A stretch of 64,000 nt of DNA from Azolla caroliniana (GCA_043228905.1 JBHGNT010000005.1:9362001-9426000); one strand, 5' to 3'; shown: positions 12,141-26,162, numbered from the stretch's first letter. Numbers and translations: made by a program. The notes: a model not told the origin generated them from the letters alone.

Positions 12141-13796
12141 CCGATTGTTATGTATGTGTATATGTATCCCCCCTCGAGACATTTTATTTCTAACTATTAA
12201 CACTCCCTCATAACATAAATAAATGTGTGTTGAGGGAATGTGAGTATCCCAGTGTCAATCACGTCTGTGTGTAAAATGTGAACTGTTGCCCAAATTTATT
12301 ATCTTAACATTTGCCTCGTCTTTTCCCATGAACAAGGAATGTATGACACATATGCTTGTTGAGATGTTCGACCACTCAAACTGAACGAGGCATATGTCAC
12401 ACATCAACCAAAATCATAGAATATATCATCTAGATTTTCAAGTTTGGTTTTTGCATTCTCCTATGTGAATGATATTCAAATAAACATATAGAATCTATCG
12501 CCCATTGTGATCAAGGACAATAAGATTGCCTTCAAGTTGTAGGGGAACATACTCAACCACACTCATTGTTAACAATGTGTATGAAATCTTCGAAACATCA
12601 AGACAAATTATGAAGGTATGCTGTTTGAGGCACGTAACATAGTTTAGCAATAATTGACCAATTGTTATGCTGTACATTCTTTTGACCTTTCTTATTGCAA
12701 GTGGTGAGCTACCAATTTGCACATCACCAAATATTAATTCTTGTTGACCATTACCTACAAGGATCATTGAATCGATATGCTGTCTTGAGATAATCCCCAA
12801 GTTCTTTTGAAAAACTCAGCTCCATGAGATTTTATGCATATTTTGAACATTTTAATTTTGTGTTCTTATAATGGTACACTGCCATTATAGTGACAAAAAC
12901 AAATTATTAGCTTATTAATTCCCTCTAGCAACAATTTCATCAACTTTTGCCGACCCAATGAACTAGACATGAATTAATGAGAGTATAGCATTAGGAAATT
13001 GAAATACCTACCACCAAAATCTACCTCTATAAATCCGTATCCAACTTTCCCATAACATCGAGTAAATCTCAATGTTCAACATTAAGCAACTCTTCACAAA
13101 AGAATAATGACTTCAAACAATAACTTGAGAAAATTTTCACAACTTTTCATGTACTCCTACCCATCAAACCACATGATAAATCCTTCTAGAAGACATTAAC
13201 CATTCTCTCATATCATATTACAATCAATACAATGAATGCACTCGAATATCCCTTTAAAACATGCCAGTCTTGTTGAGAACATCATAAAATATGATTGCCA
13301 AAATCCATCAGAACACCAATTATGGGAATAATTGTAATAAGCCCATTCTCACATGATTGATTCTACAGTCTGCCACTCTGGCCAGGGTAAATAAATGATA
13401 TCTCATCACAAACCTGACCTACATACAATACACGAGTTCCTCCCAATTTGACTCATAAAATGGGTATATTTATTCCTTCAATGTTGGTTGAGCCAGAACC
13501 TCCGATGGTGCAGCTTGAGATGTTGGTTATTTCTAGAGGATTAACACATGGAAAAAGCACTAGAGGATCCAAATCTCAATTGCACAGTAAAGAGATTAAA
13601 GAAATGACATGTACGATCAAAAACCATATTGACTACCTTGAACATCCATAAGATAAGCCAAATACTACAAAATATTTCTCATCTCGACATTTCTCCCACA
13701 TCATGTATATGTCGTTTGTGTTAATACTTTCATTTCTCCCATATCAACTATGAGGCTATAGACCTTATCCCCTAGGATCTCTTTATCTTTCTTTGT

Positions 13797-16700
13797 TTAA
13801 CTTTCAGACATAAGATCTTCCAATGAAAATTCATCCTCCTCTATGATTTCACCATCTTTACCATCCCAGGCTTGTGTTTGTTCAAGCACAGGCATAGTTT
13901 GAATGGGTGTGATCCCCTTCCCTCCTTGGCCAGCAACCTTTACAAACTCACTGCAACAAATATACCACGCATAATGATCAAACCCAAATTGTGTTACTTG
14001 TGAATCACAAAATAACAATGGCAAAATTAATAATGTTGGTGTAAAATTAAGTTTCATGATTTTGGAAATGGTCCTACACTTGTAAAGTTCACTAAATGCA
14101 CAGGATGATGTGTTTTCCAATCTGTATAGTATTTTGCATGTTTTTTGTCTTTGTATCAGTTCAAACTAAGAACGTACGTCGCCTTAGATTAACAGAAACT
14201 TATAGCAATGGCAAGATCAGCACTTACATGATGGAATCAATTTCAAATGCGCTTCGTAACGGTGCATACACACTTTTCTTCACATTCAGAGCTACCATTG
14301 CAGGGTACCCATAACCTCCTACACCAACTGCTTGTTCAAGAGATGGTTGTTTTCCTGCCGCAGCCCATGCATAACTGCCAAAACTTGCAGCATATTAGAA
14401 TCTATAAAACATCAACACATGTGTGAACACCAAAATATCTTCCCATGCCATTACCCATATGCACTTCCTTTGAATTTTTCAGCAATTTGCTTCATGATAC
14501 CAATATATTTATTGCGGCCCTCAGCCTTCGAATCAAGGATATCTGGGAGAAATGCCACAAAGCAAATCGCAGCTGACCCACAATTCTCCTCCAATACATC
14601 CTGAGGGTGAAGATAAATGAAGAGGGCATTAAAACAAGCTCAATCTAGCATCACACATTCTTTCTATCTATTCTACACAGATGTTCTTTCTAAGAACCAC
14701 GTTTCTGCATTACCTGCCCAGTTAGTTCTACAACTTCTGGAGGAATAGCATGTGCTTCTTTCAGCACAAGAGCAAAATTCACAATTGAAGACGCATCCCT
14801 TGCACCCTGATAGGGTGTTGGGTTTTCCTTGTCAGATCCAAAAAGCAGAATAGTTGGAAAGCCTTGAACACCATATTTGCTCATAAGGCTCTACAAATAA
14901 GATTAAAAAAAAAAAAATTTGATTGAAAAGATATGTTGGTATAAATTATAATATGCATGTCATAAACAAAAATATTGCAAACAACCGATGTATATATATT
15001 ACATTACCTTTTCTGCATCGCAATCTACATGTCCAAGTTTTACTTTTCCTTTCAACTGTTTTGCAGCTTTTTTCCATTCAGGTGCCAACTTCTTACAGTG
15101 TCCACACCTTCAGAGGAAAATACTTAATATTAGGTATTTTCATATAATTAAATCAACACATATCAGGTGCGAAGATTTCATCTAGACTGACCATGGGGCA
15201 AAGAACTCCACCAGCCAGAGATCCTTGCTTTTAACCACTAGCTTATCAAAATTACTTGATGTTAATTCAATAGACTGGCTAGGTCCATCATCATTATCTT
15301 TTTTGTTTCCACCACCTTTTCCATTCAATCTCTCCTTCAAGAGAACCTTGACCTGCAGTTTTGCTCTAAAGATTCATCACCCACAAAACTAATTGCAGTT
15401 AATCAATACCAAGGGTAGCACAACTACACATAATTTTTCATGTAAATAAAAGATCCATCTCAAAAATGATCATCGTTCTTAACATAATGCAGAATTATGT
15501 TGAATCAACTAAGTTTTACTGACTGTACCAGTACCAATTTAAACCTTTTTCCAGCTTGAGTAAATCAAACTCAAACTTCTCAGTAAAGCACACACCTGTT
15601 TGAGAGCAAATTCAGCTATGGACTTGGCATCCCGGGGTCCTTGATAGTCAATGGGTGAATTACCCACACCAAACACTTTGATGGTCGGAAAACCTTGTAT
15701 TCCATACTCCTATCCCAGAAAAAAATATATATAATTAAGAAGCATTAAGTCTTTTAAACGGAAATAGAAATTATTCATAGCCATTGAATCTCTGAAGTTT
15801 CCTAAAGAATATAGACATAGTAAGGACCCAACCCCAATTTGCAAGTTCAACCTGCAATGCCAACAACTCTAGGTTCAGAACACCCTTTCATTTTATAGTG
15901 GCTTTTATGTATCTGATAGTCTAGCTATCCTTCTTGAAATATACATCATGGTTTTCCAATTGGGATTCTCATGATTTACTATACTGAGGATCCTGTTATC
16001 TTAGTAGATAAATTTAACCTTGATATTCCTATCTGCTGTAAACATGGTAAAAGTAAACCATTCTAGATTTGAGGTCATATATTGCGGTTCAACGGTCACT
16101 CTTGGACTGGAGGCAAATTGATACAAGTGAGCATATTTTGGTTGTCCATTCAAGGCTCTTCAATGGGTCCCTAAGTGTAAATGTCACAGAAAATGTGATG
16201 GAATGTAACCATAAGAGGAGTTGAATAACAAATTTTCTTTTACCAACTGACCTGCGCAAGAGAACTGTGTGCATCAGCATCAAGGGCAGCAACCTTAACC
16301 ACTCCCTTTAAGATAGTCCCAACTTTTTCCCATGTTGGAGCCAATGCCTTACAATGACCACACCAGTTTGCATAAAATTCCACTAGAACAATTCCTTCAT
16401 CTTGCAGTACCTACACATTGTTTAGGAGTATCAGGATTCAGTACGATTAATTTGAAGAACTTCGGGAGCAGTAACATGTGGTGGATCATGAAGATCACAT
16501 CCAAACCTTTCGATCTGTTTGAAGGAAACAAAGCAAATGATAAAAAACTGTTTCTCTTTCATAATCTCTATCATTACCTTGCAGGTGATCAAAACAACAG
16601 TGTGTAAAGGTCAATAGTATAATATTGGCAACTTGGCGAACATGCAAAACGAGATTCTTATAATCTCTCAAATGGCCTTGCAATAGATAAAGAAAACATA

Positions 16701-17510
16701 AAATTCTGGTCGACAACAGAAAATTGTACAGTGATATCTTCATAAAACTTTTGTGTCAACCTTCTAACTTGGTAGATAGCATGTAACAGGTTGATCAACA
16801 ACGGAAATGCACACTAGGATATCTAAGCAAAACCATGTAAAAACCAGGTCCCTAGCTGTGTTAGATCTCTTATTGTCTCTTGTGTATAAAACAGGTAAAA
16901 AGAGGATCCAGGGCAGAAAAAATGCACATCCATGCAACGCCAAGAAGAACTTTAAATGTTGTAAACCTCTTGATATCTCTTCTCAAAATTGAACTAATCA
17001 AACAACAGTCAGAAACTGGAAATTGCAGTCATTCCGCACCAAATTTACAAGAAAAATGAAAGATTATTTGTCAATAGTAGAAAAAAGATGCTGATTTTTT
17101 CTGCAAATAGCGTGATCTAATAGCAAATGTTGCTAATGATATGTGACTGCAGAAAATATTTTCAAGGACTCTTGAAAAATCCGTCAGCCTTTAGAAACGA
17201 ATGATATCACTATCCCGCAAGAAGAAGCAATACAAATGTTGACGACAGATAGATAGATCGAACAAATGAAACAGATGCAAGTCAGATGGCGTGGAATGAC
17301 AGAATAGATATAATGCTCAGCTGAAAAACAAAACGAAACTAGAATTAATAAAGGAAGAAATACCTGGGACTTGAAGTTGGAGGCGGAGAGGAGGACGATG
17401 GGAGAGGATGGGGAGTAGATATCAGCGAATGCAGAGTTGATAGAGGCGAAGAAGAAGAAGAAGAAGAAGAAGACAGGAAACGAGATCACTGGGAGACGAA
17501 GAGACTCCAT
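13797..17510 (-). CDS. PDIL2-3: Protein disulfide isomerase-like 2-3 (P5/PDIA6 type), 9 coding exons
   Basis: Signal peptide [11 protein letters not shown]...; two WCGHC thioredoxin sites ([24 protein letters not shown]); [14 protein letters not shown]; acidic tail [23 protein letters not shown]. Exons 17510-17364, 16410-16252, 15709-15596, 15352-15192, 15107-15008, 14890-14714, 14600-14455, 14374-14228, 13950-13797. Confidence 0.93.
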
Positions 17511-17518
17511 CTTTCTTC

Positions 17519-17554
<36 letters not shown>

Positions 17555-17628
17555 CGTGCGCGCAGAGAGAGCAGAGCAGAGCTATGGTGACCTTCGTTTG
17601 CGTCGTAATACGCAAATACCAACAAGAA

Positions 17629-17671
<43 letters not shown>

Positions 17672-18059
17672 GAGAAATTACAGAAATGTCCCCATGCCCA
17701 TCACCATCAGAGTGCTGCTCTCCACCAATAGCATCGCGGCCTCCACGTCATTAACTAATTTCTTTACATATTTACTTTACTTATTTATTTACTCAATTAG
17801 TTTAGGGTTCGTACATACATATACATATACATATACTATTGTATATGTATGTAGTCTTATAGATGTATTCAATCCCAATCCCGCCTGCTCTCTCTTTCTC
17901 TCGTAAATACATAATGGCTTTCATTATGAAAGATAAAAAAACACCCCACGACTAACTTACTACAATGTATAAAAAACCTTCTAGTGATCTAAACACTACT
18001 ACGCTTACGAACTCCATCCCACCCTACACACCAATTCAACTGTCGCATATGATTATATA

Positions 18060-18400
18060 TCACCTTTTACAATCCCCTCTCTTCATGGCTGAGATTTTTT
18101 GTGACATCTCTGGCACTGTCAGTCACCACAAAATAAGCCCTTTTAACTTTACAATATATTTTCTCGCCCCAACTTGCAAATCAGAAGTGAAGGCATTCCG
18201 CATATTCCAGTTGAACCCCCAATACCGCAATGACTCAAAAATAATTTGGAAATGAGGCATCCGTTCAATGTTCTCCATATGTACAAAACCCCAAATGAAG
18301 GAAGATAGTCTTACCCTAGTTAAAGACATCCAAACCAAAATGATACACCTCCAAACCATTCTACACATCGGGCATGAAAGAAATTGATGGCTACCATAGT
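18060..18400 (-). mobile_element. Possible LINE ORF2 C-terminal relic
   Basis: CRMVW...FIWGF...FESLRYW...WNMRNAF resembles the end of plant LINE ORF2 proteins; short and decayed. Confidence 0.35.
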
Positions 18401-19013
18401 TGTTAAAAAACTCATATTCTATGTTTTAGAATACTCTGAAATAGTCTACGTTTTAGAACTACCATTTTTCAAATTTTCAAGTATTCTACGTGTTCTAAGA
18501 ATTTGAAATATTCTACGTATTTAAGAAGTATTTTAAATTTCAAAATAGTTTAAAATTTATTTATTTTGAAAAAAAAACTTTAATTTTTAAGAAGTATTTA
18601 TCATATTTTACATGTATTCTAAGTATTTTATGTATTTGATCTGGAAAATACGTATTCTAAGTATCTAAAAAAAAAGTTAGAATGCTTGTAGAATACTTAG
18701 CATACATATTCTACGCGTATTGTATGTTAAGTATTCTACAACAATGGCATTGCCTACTATGTTCCAATTCCATTGAACAAAATAAACACATTCCTCTAGC
18801 AATGTTTCTTTTGTTTAATGCATCCCCCGATGGTAAAGCTCCAACTATAACTTTCCAAATGAATATTGTAGCTCATAGCATCAATCAAGAACATCAACTT
18901 GCCTTGATCATATGAAACCACCAGTTAATGGGCTTACAAAAACCCCATATCTTTATAACCCTTTCTTCCATCCACTTAGGTTTGTCAATCAACTTGTGAT
19001 AAGCATAATTTAT

Positions 19014-22000
19014 TGAGACCGTTGTCGCATTGCTACGCGCGTGCGTGCGTGTAAAATGAGACGAGACCACGGGGGCCCTGAACCAAGGAGCATGAGAGAA
19101 GGGAGAGAGAGAGCGTTTGCTGAACACGGTGAACGAGAGAGAGAGAGAGAGAGCAAACAGAACAATTTGATTATAACACCAATAACGATTACAACCGGCA
19201 CACCGGCAACGGACCCAACATGGGAGTCCACACACACACACACACACACATGTCCCACGCCAAGCACAGAGACGCGAAAGGGAGAGCCTCTGATGGAAGC
19301 ACACGGGCTGTCCACGAAGCAGAGGCGACGATCTCCAAAACCCGCCGAGAATGACAATCAAAGAAGGAGGAGGGAGAGAGCTCGGTACACGGTCCGGCAG
19401 CGCTTCGTCCTCCCTATTGCCTGATCCCCTATTCTTCCTCCTCTTCTCCCTTATATAGGTCGTGGGGGGGGGGGGGGGGGGGCTTCTCCGTCAATCATAG
19501 TCACATTACTTTATTCTCTGTCCCTTCGGACAGAGATATGCATCGATTTCCTAATAAATGTGTCATACCTAGTATATTTACATCAACCGCCCTACACATA
19601 ATTATGCACAAGTTATCAAATCACACGCCCACACATGGAAGGGCCGGTTCGTGCACGGTTTCTCTCGTTTCCTCTTAGGGATGGTTTTCTCCACCCCCAC
19701 CAAACCGCACGTCCACCTGTAGGCGCCAGATACAACACTTGTCGGAGAAACCCGGCCCGCTATCACTCGTTGTTGCCCGAATCACCATCTGTTTCGAGCC
19801 GGTCGTCGTCGTCAGTCACGCATTCCGGGTATGGCTCTTCCTCTTGCCGCTTCTTGAATACCTTGACACTTTTTCCTGCTACCGGCACCGCCATCCGTGT
19901 CCCGTCGAGCTCCGCGAGATGGTACGTGTCGTTGTCGTTCGCACTCATTACCGCATAGGGCCTGAACCACCTCCTCGCAAACTTACGCACCGCACCGCCT
20001 TGTGCTGATTGTCGAGGCTGCTATCGTGCACCAGCACCCAGTCACCTTCCTCGATCTTCCTCGGCCTCAGTCGGTGAGTACGATCGAACCGACCTTTGTT
20101 CTTTTCTCATGTTGTACGCATCCTTTCCTTCGCCCGCTCCACGTCTTCCAGTCTTTGCTCGAGTTGCCGGATCCTTGTTGCCAGCAACTCTTCCCGGCTC
20201 ATCTCGTCCTTCCAGTCCATCGCGGCCCACGAAGTGATCGTTTTCTCCGTCACCATGATTGGCTTCTGCCCGTACATCAGCTCCGTTGGCATGAACCCCA
20301 TCACCGAACTGTGTGTAGTTCGATCCGCCCATAGTGCGTAAGGAAGGAGCTGCGGCCAATTCCCGACTTGTCCTTCGCATGCACGTACTAACACCTTCAC
20401 AATGGACCCGTGACCACGCTCTACCTTCCCATTGGCCTCCAGATTGTACGCCATGGTGAGGGAGAGTTTGACCCCCAATCAGTCAAATAGCTCTTCAGCC
20501 TCTTGCGCGTCTAGTTCTCTGCGGTCCGCTACAATCTTCCCGACGCACCCGTACCGGCATATCACATCTTCTATTAGAAACCGGCACACGGTCGCGGTCG
20601 TCTTGTTCTGCAGTGCGCGACCTTCCACTTGATTCGTCGGGTCCTCCCGGGCCAGCACCAGATACCGCATTTGTCCTACCCCCATCGGCATAGTCACTAA
20701 ATCCACCATCCATTTGAAGTGGACGGACGATGGGTAGTTCGGATGAAGCTCGTCTCGATGTCGAACTGTAGAGTGCATCTGGCAACTCTCACAAGTTGTC
20801 ACAAAATGATGCATGTCCCGGTACAACCCCGGCCACCAATACTTACCCTTGAGCTTCTCGAACGTAGCCCACGTCCCACGGTGTCCTGCCCAAGGACTGT
20901 CGTGATACGCCATAAACAACGCTTTCGGCTCGTCTTCCCTCGCCACTACACGGAGTGGGGTGCCGCTACGCTTCTTTGGATGCCTCCATATGTGTCCTCC
21001 TCATAGGAAGAACCGGTACGCCTTCTTCCGCACCCAATTGGCCTCTTCTCTAGTCCACGTCGTGTCCGGCGTCATTGTGCGTAGGAACCTTCCTATTTGG
21101 AGCCACTCCCCGTCGTATTCGCTCTCGTCGAACTCGTTAAGCGCCGGAGTGCTCCCCATCCTAGTTGCCACGTTGGCTGACCCGAAGAAGTCCTCGCCGA
21201 CTTCTTCGTTATCCGAAACCATGACGTCCTCGTCATTGAACCGCGCCCTTGAAAGCATATCGGCCATGGTATTATCCTTTCCGAAGATGTGTTGTATCTC
21301 CGGGTTCAAGGACTTGACCTACGCGATCCACCTGAGCATCGTCAGGTCCGAAGTCGCGCATCCGGAAACCATACCCAGAATCGATAGGCAGTCCGTCTCA
21401 ATGATCACTTCCGTCCCGGTCAGATAGTCCTTGTCGGCCTTGACTGCCAAAACGATACCCCATAGCTCGTGCTTAATTTGGGCGTATCCTCGTTACCGCT
21501 CACTCAATACCTTTGCCCCGAACCGGATCGGGAACTGCACGCCATCCTTGTCTTCCTGATTGATCACCCACCCGATCCCAGTCGAGCTCATGTCCACCGT
21601 CACGTAAATGGGGACTTCTTTGCCGTAAACCGATTTCCGGAGAGCCGGTGCCACAGCGAGCGCCTCCTTCAGTCTCCGGACCGACTCCGTGTGCTCCGTC
21701 CTCCATTCGAACCGGCGCCCTTTCTTTAACAGCCCGTAAAGCGGTTCCGCGACATGCGCGTAGTGCGGAATCCATATGTGATAGAACGCACATGCCCCTA
21801 GGATCCTTTGGACCTCCATAACCGACCCGCAATCATCCTTCATCGCGGAGATGGCTTCTATCTTCGCCGAGGACGGCTTCCGACCGTAAGGCCCGCATAG
21901 GTGTCCGACTACCAAGATCTCCGGCTGTCTGAAGGCTGACTTTTCTCCGGAGAAGGTGAGTTGCGCGCTCTCGAGTCTTTGTAACACCTTCTCGCAGTCG

Positions 22001-23342
22001 CAAATGTGATCCATCACGAACCTCCGGCAATCGTCGGGCCTGACTGACTCGTCCTTGTCCTCCACCAGACATCCTTTGATCAGGATGTCGTCCAGAAATG
22101 GCATGGTGATGTCCGGGATGCAGTTCCTCAACACCTTGTTCATCGCATTCACCATGTGCGCCGCCGAGTTCGTTCCCCCTTGCGGTAGGGTACGCATCCG
22201 AACTAGGCGGAGAGGGGTCCGCATCGTCATGATATCCCTGCTCTCTATGGCTAGTTGGAACTGATCATACCCTGAGTACATATCCCCGACCGAATAGATC
22301 GACCTCCCTACGAAGGCCTCCGCGAATTCGTCAATGGTCGGTTCGATACCTGCATTTCGAATGGTCACCTTGTTGACCGACTGCAGGTCTTGTATGAAGC
22401 GCAGTGTGCCATTCTTCTTTGGCACGGTAAACCACCGATTTGAATATGGGGCACTCGATGATTCGAGGATGCCCATTCCCACATTCTGTTTCAGCAACTC
22501 CATCAGCTCCGGAATGTGAGCTCTAGGCATCGGAATCGGTTTGAGATTCCACGGTACGTGCGGTACTATGAAGATCACCATCGCTTCCACAATCGTCGAG
22601 TCTATGCACCCGATCTCCTCTGGCGAGAATGCAAAGGCTTTCCCATGCCTTCTGAGCTTTCTCCGAAACCGGTCCTCCTCCACCGGCAGTAGAAACCCAC
22701 CCCCACCAACCTTGAGCTCCCGTAGCGTTATGTCGGTGAACCGGTGTCCTATGCCGGCCGGATCCCGTAAACTTGGGTTCGACGTGACCCCCTTTATACG
22801 CTTCTCGCTGCCCTCTGGCAAGGGTGCCGCGACAGGCCTCACCTTCCGGTCCACAGTCTTGTACTTCGTACCTACACAGGCCGTCCGATCCGACCTGATT
22901 CGTTCACCAAAGTCCGCGATGACTTCGTACATTTCCACTGAGCTGACCGGAATCATCCCGTCTCCGCTAAGGCCCTCATCGACTACACCGCATAGCTCTC
23001 CCAAGGTGTCGTCAAACAAGACCGCCTCCACGACGCCACTAACTTCTTCATCGGGATGGAGAGCTCCGCATGACCTGAGCCGCTCCTCCACCTTCTTCTT
23101 CTCCCTGCCATTGATGTCAGTTAATGTACAACCTCTGTTGTCGGAGAGCCAAAATTTCCTACCTATGGTACAGGTGTGGGGTTCCTCCAGCGCGTCCGGA
23201 CTATTGCGGCCCCATGCCTTGATAGCCCTCTTTAAAAATCCCCTCGATTGTCGCCGTCGAGAGTCTCACAATTACGCTCATGATTCGGTCTTACGGTCAG
23301 AAATTGGATGGAGTGCCATCCATCTTGACTCTTCACGCGCGC
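19014..23342 (-). mobile_element. Fungal-type Ty3/Gypsy element B: protease C-terminus, RT, RNase H, integrase, PPT and 3' LTR (~19014-19690); interrupted at 23342 by element C
   Basis: YSNRWFTVPKKNGTLRFIQDLQSVNKVTIRNAG; LPQGGTNS; PFLDD; integrase YHDSPWAGHRG...CESCQ, WMVDLV, YNLEANGKVERGH; PPT GGTGGGGGTGGA at ~19690-19701. Confidence 0.88.
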
Positions 23343-24329
23343 TGTCGTGAAGATCCGTCACTACGCGCGGATCGTGAGGCGGAACCGTCGGGGTTCTGGA
23401 CAAGAAGGATTTAGAGTCGATACAAGCTTTGGCGAGAAAGTACTTAAGATAGATTGGGAAAGAGAGAAGATGAGATTACACGATTGATTTGATAACGAAA
23501 TTCTTCTTCTTAATTTTCATAAAAAAAAACCGTGTTTTTCTCCTCCCCCTTCCCTCTTTTATAGATGCTCTCATGCATATGATGCATGTGAGGGTACAAG
23601 ACATGCATAAATTGCATGTTTGCCATTTGGTGCTTAAGTATTACATGTGGTTGCATGCTAACCATGTCACTCATTTTAGCACTCATGGATGAGAATTTAC
23701 ATGTAAAAGTACAATGATAGAAATATAATTTCAATTAAATACCACGGCTTAATGGTAAGCCATTTGACTCCTAACTTGGAGGTGCAAGGTTTGAATCCAT
23801 ATTTGCCCTCCTTGTATATGTAAATATGTATATATTTTTATATATTTATTTTATCTAGTCGCCGGTTCGCCGGATGCCGTCGCCGGATGCCGGTGCCGAC
23901 GCCGGATACCGGTGCCGCATGCCGCCGCCGGATTGCGGTCGGATGCCGTCGGATCACCGGCTCCATCGCCGGTCCGGTTTTGGTTGGCCAAAACCCTTTT
24001 CGAGTAGCTAGCTACCTTGAACTCTCTATGCTCCACACATATACACAAAGATAATATCTTTTGCTCCACCTTATATATGATGAGAGCCGTATTTGTCGTG
24101 CCTATGTGGGATATCTCACAATTTTCTCTTTTCTTTTCACAAACTTTATACCCTCATATCTTGACATTTAGTTGTCTATTTCTCGTGTAATAAAGTGCAT
24201 TCGAAACCTCCATCATTTTGTACTTAGATATTAAAAATATTATCTTCACAATTATTGTATTACGTGATTTATACTCGATTTTGTACGTTTTATGGGATTT
24301 TCACACTATTGCCGAAAATCTTCACGACA
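23343..24329 (-). repeat. 3' LTR of element C
   Basis: 12-bp terminal inverted repeats TGTCGTGAAGAT...ATCTTCACGACA; PPT GGTGGGGGTGGA directly adjacent from 24330. Confidence 0.85.
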
Positions 24330-26119
24330 TCCACCCCCACCAAACCGCACGTCCTCCGGTACGTGCCAAGAAGAGAAGAAGTGAGATTTCGGCTACGATG
24401 ATCAATTAGATTCCTCCATGTCTTCATTTTCATCCGGCCTATTATGTTCATCGTCGAGGTAATCGAGGTCAGGATCCTTGTCTTGTCTTTTCTTGAAAAG
24501 CTTTACTCTTTTTCCCGCAATGGGTACGGCCAACCTTGATCCGTCTAGTTCCGCAAGGTGGTATGTGGCATTATCGTTGGCACTTGTCACCACATACGGC
24601 CCGAACCATCTTCTTGCGAACTTCCTTGTTGTACTATGTTGATTGTCAAGGGTGCTGTCGTAAACCAAAACCCAATCCCCTTCTTCAATCTTCTTGGGAC
24701 GAAGTCGATGCGTGTTGTCGAACCGAACTTTGTTCTTTACTCGGGCTGCCTTCATCATCTTTCGCGCTTTTTCTAAATCTTCAGGTCTTCTTTCAAGTTG
24801 CCTTATCCGCGCCGCTAATAACTCTTCTCGGCTCATCTCGTTCTCCCACGGTATCACTACCCATGAGGCGATCGTCCTTTCGATGGGCATAATCGGCTTT
24901 TGTCCATACATAAGCTCCGTCGACATATACCCTGTCACCGAGCTATGTGTCGTTCTATCGGCCCACAAGGCATAGGGTAATAGTCGTGGCCAATTCCCGA
25001 CTCGACCGTTGCATGCCCGTACGATGGCTTTAACGATAGGTCCATGCCCTCGCTTGATCTTCCCATTTGCTTCCGGATTGTAGGCAGTCGTGAGGGAGAG
25101 CTTCACGCCTAGTCTTTCGAAGAGCTCCGTCGCTTCGTGCGCGTCCAACTCCCCTCGGTCGGCCACTATCTTCCCTACACATCCATATCGGCAAACAACA
25201 TCTTCAAGTAAAAATTTACAAACGGCTGAAGTCGTCTTATTTGTCAAGGCTCGTCCTTCCACTTGATTTGTCAAGTCTTCCCTTGCGAGCGCTAAGTACT
25301 TCATTTGTCCCACTCCCATTGGCATCGAGACCAGATCCACCATCCATTTGAAGTGAATGGTGAGTGGGTATGTCGGCTTTAACTCATCACGATGACGTAT
25401 ATTTGAATATATTTGGCAAGTTTCACATGTGGACACGAAATGGAGTACATCTTTGTACATGCTTGGCCACCAATACTTCTCCTTCAATTTTTCGAACGTC
25501 GCCCATGTTCCTCTATGACCTGCCCAAGCACTCTCGTGGAATTCGGTCATCAGCGTCTCTTGCTCTTCTTTCTTTACCACCACTCGTCGTGGTATTCCTG
25601 TCCTTCTTTTTGGATGTTGCCAAAGGAATCCTCCCTTCAAGAAGTATCGATAAGCTTTCTTTCGGATTCGTAGGGCCTCATCCTTTGTCAACGAAGCATC
25701 TGTCGTCAATGTTCTTAGGAATCTACCGATGAGTAACCACTCTCCTTCGTACTCGTTCTCGTTGAAGGCGTGGAGGGTTTGCGTGTCCTGGTCTTCCGCC
25801 GACAATCGAGCCATCTTGAAGAAGTCGAGGGCGACATCTTCATCTTCCGAAACCATGTTACTTCCATTTGAAAATCTTGCCCTCGAGAGCATGTCAGCCA
25901 TGGCGTTCTTCTTCCCTGCGATGTGACGGATCTCTGGGTTTAAAGACTTGATGTAGGCGATCCACCTTAGCATAGCAAGATCTGGGGTCGCACATCCCGA
26001 GACCATTCCGAGAATTGGGAGACAATCTGTCTCTATTATCACTTCTGACCCGATCAGGTAATCTTTGTCCGTCTTCACTGCCGACACAATACCCCAAAGT
26101 TCCCGCTTGACTTGGGCAT
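23343..26119 (-). mobile_element. Fungal-type Ty3/Gypsy element C (same family as B): RNase H end, integrase and 3' LTR
   Basis: ORF 24402-26156 (RELWGIVSAVKTDKDYL, FHESAWAGHRG, WMVDLV, YNPEANG); truncated at a deletion junction near 26120. Confidence 0.88.
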
Positions 26120-26162
26120 ATCTTTGTCCGTCTTCACTGCCGACACAATACCCCAAAGTTCC

